A stretch of 64,000 bases of DNA. Source: Ruditapes philippinarum. Lineage: Eukaryota. The notes under the pieces were generated by a model. The model was not told the origin of the DNA, ran no database searches, and saw nothing but the letters and a program-made list of their open reading frames with translations. The stretch lies in contig NW_026862257.1 of assembly GCF_026571515.1 (NCBI RefSeq), positions 1-64,000 on the forward strand. Direction: 5' to 3'. Below, piece by piece: positions 54,501-64,000 of the stretch (the stretch's first letter is position 1; every line of letters begins with the position of its first letter). Made by a program: the position numbers and the translations under genes.

Positions 54501-57500
54501 AGTGAAGTAGGGGGGAACTTTTTACAGCTGCCCACAGCCTTGACACCTGCTTTTTGGGAAATTTTTAAAAAATGGGGAAAAAATGAAACCTCGGAACCCT
54601 TTAAAACCCAAAAAAATTACATAAAAATTTGGGAGCTGGTTTGGAATTTAAATCTGTAATGAGGGAAAATGGAATAATGCAACATCCCCCACGCCCCCCG
54701 CACCGGGGTTGAAACGGTTTCTCTTCTCAAAAAGTATGTTCAGAAGCTGGTTTAAAGTACATTGGTTACTCTTTTCTTGGGTGTCATATTGTTACGACAG
54801 GAAAAGTGTTTTTTTTTTTTTGCCTATGATGCAAAAGAGAAAGAATATCAAAACACACGGCAATCTAATTTTCACTCGTGGGTATGGTCTCCTCGTACAA
54901 AGACATAAAGCCTAGTGTGTTGATGCTCTTTCTATTACATGTACTATTGGATTATACCATTCACACTTTTTTTTTAAAAAACATGTATTCATCACATACT
55001 TTAATGGTAATGGTTGCATTGAACGCAGCGTGTATCTCTCACATTGTTATTTTCAATAGCAATATAGTATTTTGAAAGTTGAAAATCTTTCATAGATACC
55101 CATATATGTAATTGATTTTAAACTTATTTCGCCATCTTGTGATACATTTATCCATTTAATCAATGAATCAAAACATATCATTACGATTTTAATTGATATT
55201 TGATCTGATTTATGTATAGTTAGAGTAAAACAGTCAAATTACTTTAATTTACTTTTCAGAATTCGGAACCATAATACTAACTATGACGCATTGTCAGCCT
55301 TTTCAAACGTATCTAGACAACATAAGTCACGTAACATAATTTAATAATGGGCATTTAAAGACCCCCAAAAAGGATTTTTTAAAACACTTTTATATTCATT
55401 TTGGTACAGTGTGTTATCTTAAAAAACCGGTACAATTACGAGCGAAAGCGTTCAATTGTAATATTTACAGTTTTTGAGTCTGCGTGTATATTCATAGTCA
55501 AAACTTACATACAGATATGTGCCGTACTTCATGTGCAAGTCATTGTCTCTATGTCCTATCATTATTTATTCAAACATATATTGAAACGTTATTTCTGTTT
55601 ATTTCCTATTCAAATAGTGTTGTAAACAGCTGTATATCATACGTTAATATAGACTATATTTCTTAAAAAATGGTTAACAATTTCCCTCTATTTCCCCTAT
55701 TTCTACAATGTCAAGACAATTTCATCACTAGCAATATAAAAACAAAACATGTAAAATAATAAAATAGCAGACAAGATTTGATAAATGTTTTCATATAATA
55801 ATAAAATCAGCAATATTCAGCAGGTCCAGACGTCTTATTTCTATGGTCCGGTGTTAAAACATGCATAATGTTATGTCAACAAGCAAAGGCAACAACTTGA
55901 TAATTATGCAAAAAAATAACTTTAGTTTAGTTATTACATATACTAATCAATACCCCAGTACATAAAATAAATCAAAAACAAGCAATTTATTCCTGGATCT
56001 AAGCAATTTGCTTTTCTCCGCATAGTTTCGGTTAAAAACAATTTGAAATTATATTTGAAAAATGTGACTTTTTTTGTTATCTTGAATAACTTTTCAAAAT
56101 TCTAACACATTTCACAATTATAAATATCTCAATTTTGTATGAAAATTAACCAAATCTAAAAATAACGTGAGTTCGCATTAAACAAACATATTGAATTTTG
56201 AACGTTTGAACGGTTTTATCAGAATATTGTGGAAACTAGAGTTGCACTTATTGCCTAGGGGTGAAACGCAAGAACAAAACAGAATTGCACTGAATTATTT
56301 ACTAGTTGATTTATCATGCACTTGTTATGAGTTAATATGCTAGTTAGTTATCGTGTGTTATTTTGTATAATCATTTAAAAAAATACAAAACGTTAAACTT
56401 ATTCAATAAATCTGCAATTTGTCCTTTTGATTTTGCTCGCCCATGTGTAAATCATTCCGGTGGCGAAGGTAAACGAACCTAAACACACATATAATCTATT
56501 AATTTCATATTCATCAAGGCTTTCTCATTTTGTACAAAGACGCCAAAAAATTAAAATAGCCTATTTTAGTCATTTTTAAAAGTGAATATAGTTTTTACGT
56601 CCTAGTAATAGCGATTCTTGACAGATCTGTCATTATATTTTCCTATATTTGCACAGTCTGATTTATTTAACACTGACCGTTCTGTCCTTTGTCATCAACA
56701 ACGTCGAATTAGTGGGGCTCTCCTGAGCAAATATGTAAATTGAATTTTATATCTGTGACAGTCTAGTCTTACCATGACTGATTTCATTATTTAAAGGGAA
56801 ATGTACTGTCCTTGTCAAGGGTAATACATGTAACAAAAATTCTGTAAGATTTTATTTATAAAAATTCAAAGGTCTTCGTCATATAAACGTTTATTGTAAG
56901 ATCGTATTTAATTAAATTCTTATAACCATTATTTTGTGCTAAAGTAAGAGCGGTGTTATGCAAAATATCATAACCTCTCTATGCTATCACACTCACAAGG
57001 ATCTGACATTTGTATAAACCATAACGTTTTTTTATAGTTCTGAATATAAAAAGTCATGTATTAGACATGTATATTATAGCAACTCTATTTCAATGTCATA
57101 AAATGATATAAAAACGACGTTTAAAAAGCGGGCATAACGCACAATTTTAGATCTTATAAACATTTTTGACAATAAATCATTTGTGAAAATATCTTAAACT
57201 AACAAGCATCGTTTTAGTACTCTTTTCTATAGTAACTTTTCAATGTAATTTTATATTATATATGGGTTTTCAGCATTTCAGCATTTCTAAGCATCATATT
57301 TATGAAATAAAACCATGAAAAAATTGTGTTACAGAATCTTTAAACGTTGAAATATGTTTAAACAGGCGCTGTTGGAGGCGTGAACGTTAGCCTGCATATA
57401 TCACTTCAAATAAAACCAAGCCTGTAACATTTTCACTTAAGTTTTGTCCCGGCTTTCATTTGACAAAAATGTTAGGCAACTAATTATTTAAAACGTCATT

Positions 57501-58617
57501 GTTTGTTAAAATATATTTGTATCATAATTTGGGGACCTTGTTGTTGAAAATGTGTAAGAGTTAAATCGTATACATGTACATGCACAGTGCGTTTACTGAC
57601 GTGCAGGTATTAGTTACCCGCCACTCCAGAGCACGCCCATTGATTGGTTCATTTTGTCCGAGGTTTACATATTCTGACGACAGAGATAGAAATACCATAT
57701 TCAGATGCTCGTTCATTGGGTACATATTATATAACCCCTAAAAGAACGTCCAAACGATGCGGGCTCGGTTTGATTCAGCCTGATTAAGGGCGGTACTGAA
57801 ATTGTGCAAGATACTGCCTTTGCTCCGTAGTACCTGCTTAGCTAAATTCAAAATTAACAAAAAAACGCTAAAGTTTTGAATTTGCAAATGTCCATAGACG
57901 TGCTCGTTATCTTTGAATCTTCAATGTGACACTTTGGTGCCAATCCATGAAAAGCGGACGATAGTTAACAATAAAAGAAAGCGTGTGCTCATAACGAGAA
58001 AACATTGAGCAAAAATAAGTAAATGAATATTATTGAAGCTTCTCAAGGATCGGAAAACTAACATCTCTGATTGCATGTACGCGGCGACTTTTTACGGCCT
58101 CCACACGGCACATAAAAAATATGTCTTTACTCTTGAACAATTTGTTTTGATGAAACCATATTTTTGTGCGTCGATGTAAGATACTGTATCCGTTGATATA
58201 ACATTTAATGATTATGTTCAAGAGGAATTTGCCATATGCACTGGTCATGACGATTTTATGAGTAAAAACAATGTTCATACGACAAGATGAAAATAAATCC
58301 TTATTTATAGAAAATCTTGAATTTTCTGTCTAGTATTATAAACATTTTTCTTTCTTTTTTGACATAACAATTTGAAATACTTCCCCAAATATTGTCTACT
58401 GACTAAATTTAAAAGAGAGTAGTCCGCCAAGAAACCATTGAAAATACGGAAAATATGTTTCACTACAGGGATAAATAAAATTTTATAGTGAAAATACGGA
58501 AAAATGAAAATACGCATTATATTTCTCAATAATGTTTCATTTATGAGTATAAAATAATTATCTTATATCTATTATTTTTGGTAATTGAATAATTCAAACA
58601 CATAGATATATTCAATT

Positions 58618-59233
58618 CTACCAAGAAAAATATTTATTAACCATTTGATAAAACCCATTGTTATAAGGTTTATAAAAATACTGCAATTTTGTTAGTGTTT
58701 TTGAGTCTGCATAAGAGTGATGCCTTCCCTTTGAACCTCTAAAACATTTGTAAGGTGGTGTATTGTTTTGCTTTAAGATGCAAGGAAATCCCCTAGACGC
58801 ATTCATATAGATGGCGTTGCCTGAAATTTCTCTTGGTACTTCCAAGAAATCTTGAACAGCATTTAATTCCTGCAAAGGATTTGATATTAACTTTTCACCG
58901 TCAACAATATGTATATTTTCCATCACAAAATATTTTAACCATCTTTTTAAATGATTTATATAAAGACCTATATTAACAGCTGACCATTTCATATTTACGG
59001 TTCCGTTACGTCGTATAGCCTTGCTTTGAAATGTTACATTGCTGTTGTATTCTCCTTTACTTACAGCTTGTGTAAAATCAGAAATTGCACGAGTAACTGG
59101 GTTTCGCACAACTAGTATAAGTTTTATAGATTTTGACATATTATAAATCCTTTCTGGCACTTCCTTTGTTATGAAATATCTTGGAGTTTTCTCAATCGTC
59201 AGTTGTCCATCATGAGTCTTTGGCATCTTTTGT
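58618..59233 (-). CDS. HS3ST: HS3ST-like gene B, coding exon 2
   Basis: Pyrimidine tract plus TTTAG|A acceptor. The exon is 616 nt, the same length as gene A exon 2, with EKTPRYF, VVRNPVTRAISDFTQ, GFPC and SKGRHH; stop TAG. Confidence 0.93.
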
Positions 59234-60159
<926 letters not shown>

Positions 60160-60345
60160 TTAATCCTCCATTAAAAACACTTTTATTATTTATTCCACTA
60201 TTTTAAGAATCTTATGCTACAGTTGGACGTATTCCACTTCAAATCGCTAAACTATTGTGGACGGTATTTCTTCTGCCTTTTTATTAAGATCGTAATTCCT
60301 CTACGATACACTTTTATACCTGCAATTCTCATTCTTACAGTGATT

Positions 60346-60483
60346 GTTCCACGCGAGTTTTCAAGTCGCTCTGCGAAGTACTTGGAGATCGTCTTATATT
60401 GTCAACGCGCGCGTTTGGAAAGTGATAGCGGCTCTCAATGATTTCCAATAAACGATCTAGCTGAATGAATTCAACAGCCAATC
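60346..60483 (-). promoter_or_regulatory. Putative proximal promoter/5' leader of gene B
   Basis: Mirror copy of the conserved blocks upstream of gene A, in the same order. Confidence 0.6.
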
Positions 60484-61438
60484 AAAACTCGTTGAAAAAT
60501 AGTATCATTCATTGCTTGTGTACGTACAATAAAAATGTAATGATTAGAAATCGCACAAGTGTTTTTGGATATGATCTATAAAATTACTTGCTTGTAACAT
60601 AAATATTTCAATTTTTAGACAGTTGCTTTATGATAAACACAAACATGTATATGATTAAATGGGGATTTCAGGTTTTGTTCACCATTGTATTGTTGATTTG
60701 TTAACATGCAGATACAGTAAGGAGATTTATAAAAGTCAAATGTAATTTTTATTTTTATCATAAAAAATATAATAACGATTTCTAAATGTGCAATAAACAC
60801 TGTTCTTTAAAAACAAATATAAAGTAAAAACAATAGTATGTCTGTATTTCACTTTGCAGCATTAGTGTTGTAATAAACTCTATTATCATTGCTTAAGTGT
60901 ACTGTTTAAGAAAGAATATTTACGGTCCATCCCTTCATATGGTATAAAATGACTGAATTTTATGTTCTTGTTTACTTTGCAAGTCTCTTTTTATCCTTAG
61001 TGTCACAATCTTAATGTAACAAAAACTCAATATTGGAAAAAGAAGAAGAGATGATCATATATTTGACGACATGGAAATTGTGTTAGACCTTGCTAAAAGC
61101 ATGTGACACAAGATCTGTGTTTCCGGGAACAAATATAACAAAATTTGCTAAACGCATTAGGAGATAACAGGTCGAATGCTTTATGGTATTCACTAATATA
61201 TTCCATAACCAAAAAGACTTATAAAAACTTCTTTGCTGTCTGCGCATATGACACTTTACATATAAGTTTAATGGAGCAATAACTCTCTCATTATCTAATT
61301 TAAAATCAAATTTTATGTAGAGTTATAGAAGATCATATTTATATTATTTTAAGTTAGTGTTCCTTTTTATGCAACAGACTCAGCACAGTTCATATATAAT
61401 AGTGTTATTAACTATAATATGTGTTTAAGCTATTTGCA

Positions 61439-61642
61439 TGACATACTTGACATTGTGCCGACACCATTGCCTGACATTAATGTAAAATGTATTGCTAATA
61501 GATTGCTTAAATGTATTTTTAACTCCTCTATAATTTTGACATACTTGACATTGTGCCGACACCATTGCCTTGCATTAATGTAAAATGTATTACTGTCTAA
61601 TATATTGCTAAAATGTATTTTTGAATTCCTCTTCAATTTTGC
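61439..61642 (+). repeat. Two-copy tandem duplication, unit about 99 bp
   Basis: TGACATACTTGACATTGTGCCGACACCATTGCCT at 61439 and 61538. Confidence 0.92.
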
Positions 61643-64000
61643 ATTATATATTTTAATTTGTTTTCCCAAATAAAAGGTAATATAGAATAAGACGTCATTT
61701 CCAAACAAAATGACTTCAGTTATATCTTGTATTTCTTCAAGGCCTTAGCTAATTAAATAAACTTTTTGAGGATTATGTTCTGCCAATATAATTGCTGATG
61801 TGTAAAATGTATTTTTATATCTCATGCTCACATCAAGATAATTGTATTCGATACAAAAACTATAGATTGTAAAGCCGTTGTATTTTTCAAAGGATTTCTT
61901 AGAAAGATTTTAAAGTTCACATGGACACTTCAATCAGTTCCTACCGAACGGAAGTGCAAAGAATGCGCCTTGTATAGAAATTAGTGAACATAAATATTTC
62001 ACGTGACATTCACTTAATTATGCAATATTGACTTTTAAAATTATAAGACTTATTCACTGTAGGTATAGACAGAACCAATGAATTCATGAACGTATAAAAA
62101 GACGCTTAAACCACTGCTTATAAGAATGTACCATTAAAGGCATACATGTTTTTATAACGCCTAAATAATGGTTTTAGAACATTTTAGCTGCTTGTTACAT
62201 AAGGACAGTAGCACTTACTGTGAAAACAATGTCATATAAATAGCAAAAGGCAATCAAAGTAGTATTTTGACTTCCATACAAAATATCAACTCACTATAAC
62301 TAAACATTTTGCAAAACAAAAAGGATCAGAAGCAAAAGTTGGTCCGGGTTATTTGCTAAAAAGTTATAAAATTAAATCAACAAATAAATAAAAATAAACT
62401 TTGAGAAAAATAAAACTTATAACTTCTCGGGCCTTTATTAACGACAGTTTGTGCAAATATAATTGATGCACGAATTCACAAAAGGATTTTCGTTACGTTT
62501 TGTTACACAGAATAGGAACTCAAAATGCAAATATTACGAGATGCAGACTAACAATCAAGAAAATAGAAACACAATGCTTTAATATCATATGACAAAATAT
62601 TTTCAAAAAGATTAAAATTATACTTATAACTATGGTATTCCAGCCGTTTTACACCAAACTTAGAGGAACATATGCCCGACATTCCGTTGAGAAAAATATA
62701 TTACACGAGACATGATCAGGTTAATTGTTCAATTTTAAAAGTGAGAAAGAGATTGATCACCCGAAAAATGTCATTTTGACAAATCGTAATAATCTATCTT
62801 TCTCACAGCATGTTTGTCAAATCAAATTGAATGGCAAATTTTAGGCAACTGTGCAAAGAGGTAATTTTGAAGAAATATAACATTTACTATTAAAATAACT
62901 TACAATATTTATTTGTGTATGACAAGTTAGTTACATCAGTTAATTAAATTTGATTCAGGTTTATCAGTAACAAACGAAAGAACGTATTTATTATTTATCT
63001 TTATACGCGTAAATATGTTCGTCTCTAATTTATCATAATTGTAAAAATTACTTTTAATTTACCTTCATAGACATTCGTACAATTTTAATTAAACATATAA
63101 AATACATAAAGTTCATGCATACAATATAGATTTTACACTTCTGTAAAGAGTTTTGTAACAGGACAGTTTTGTTGTATGTGAGAAATTTATGTAACTTGGA
63201 ATAATGAAATATCGCAACAAGCAATATTCATCAAAGCTTGTTAAGAGGAATGTTATGGCGTGGTATTGTTTGCCAAACATATGAAGAGATGTTACGAAAA
63301 GGAAATTTGAGAGCATGAAGAAGAACAAAATTGTGCTTATCAATTTAGATTTGAAACAGGCAAAATGGTAGCAAAGGACTTATTTCGATATTTTATCTTG
63401 CATATTAACACATTTTAATCTCAGTTTAAAATATAAAAAGTGATCCAACTCAAGCCATAACTTGACAAAAATATTTAATTACAGAAACATACTAGTGTAA
63501 GAAATAGGAGAATGGCACCTTCTTACAAATAAATATGTTAAAATAAAAGTGGAAACATAAAAGTTAAACGGCGTCAAGGTCTACAATTTGACGACAAACA
63601 TAATCAATTAATTGATTGGAATTGGCTTTAAAAGAAAAAAAGAAAAACATATGCAACAATTATGTCAACATTGCTATTGCTTCGGTTCAGCTTGAAGCGG
63701 ATGACAGTGTTCAATGCATGCTAACGTCTGTGTTCCTACTAGACCTTGGCCTGTATTAAATGTACACATGTACAAAGCTAGAATAGTGTCAGCGTTAGAT
63801 ATAATAAAACTGTTTATTTAAATATGGGATTTAGACGGTCATTCTGATTGATTTTAAGGATTTATCAACCGATCAATCGATATTGTATTTACAAGGCCCT
63901 GATGCTCTACATTCAATAATTTTAATTTTACTCATATCTAACCCAAATGTTAACCATATGCATTGAAATTTGAACGGTATGTATTAACATTTCAGATTGA

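Overview
AT-rich eukaryotic (animal) genomic DNA; its repeat content resembles a bivalve mollusc (inference from remembered SINE and MITE families). The only supported protein-coding genes are two intact, two-exon paralogues of heparan sulfate glucosamine 3-O-sulfotransferase (HS3ST2/3/4/6 or Drosophila Hs3st-B type), facing each other tail-to-tail. Gene A is join(7488..7873,10630..11245) on +, 333 aa. Gene B is complement(join(58618..59233,59735..60156)), 345 aa. Collinear mirror-image non-coding anchors indicate that both genes belong to one large, old inverted duplication. Between them lies an approximately 8.1-kb direct tandem duplication (about 15690-23810 and 23880-36230). Its second copy carries a 4300-bp non-autonomous DNA transposon (26638-30937) with 78-bp TIRs starting CACGGTG and a 5-bp TSD confirmed by the empty site in copy 1, a Transib/RAG-like signature, with nested MITEs. 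The window also holds TTAA-flanked Kolobok-like MITEs, tRNA-derived SINEs with two different tails, a high-copy unclassified repeat whose hairpins show compensatory changes, a roughly 215-bp satellite array, and several homopolymer-inflated tracts that look like long-read consensus errors. Almost all other ORFs in the track are spurious.
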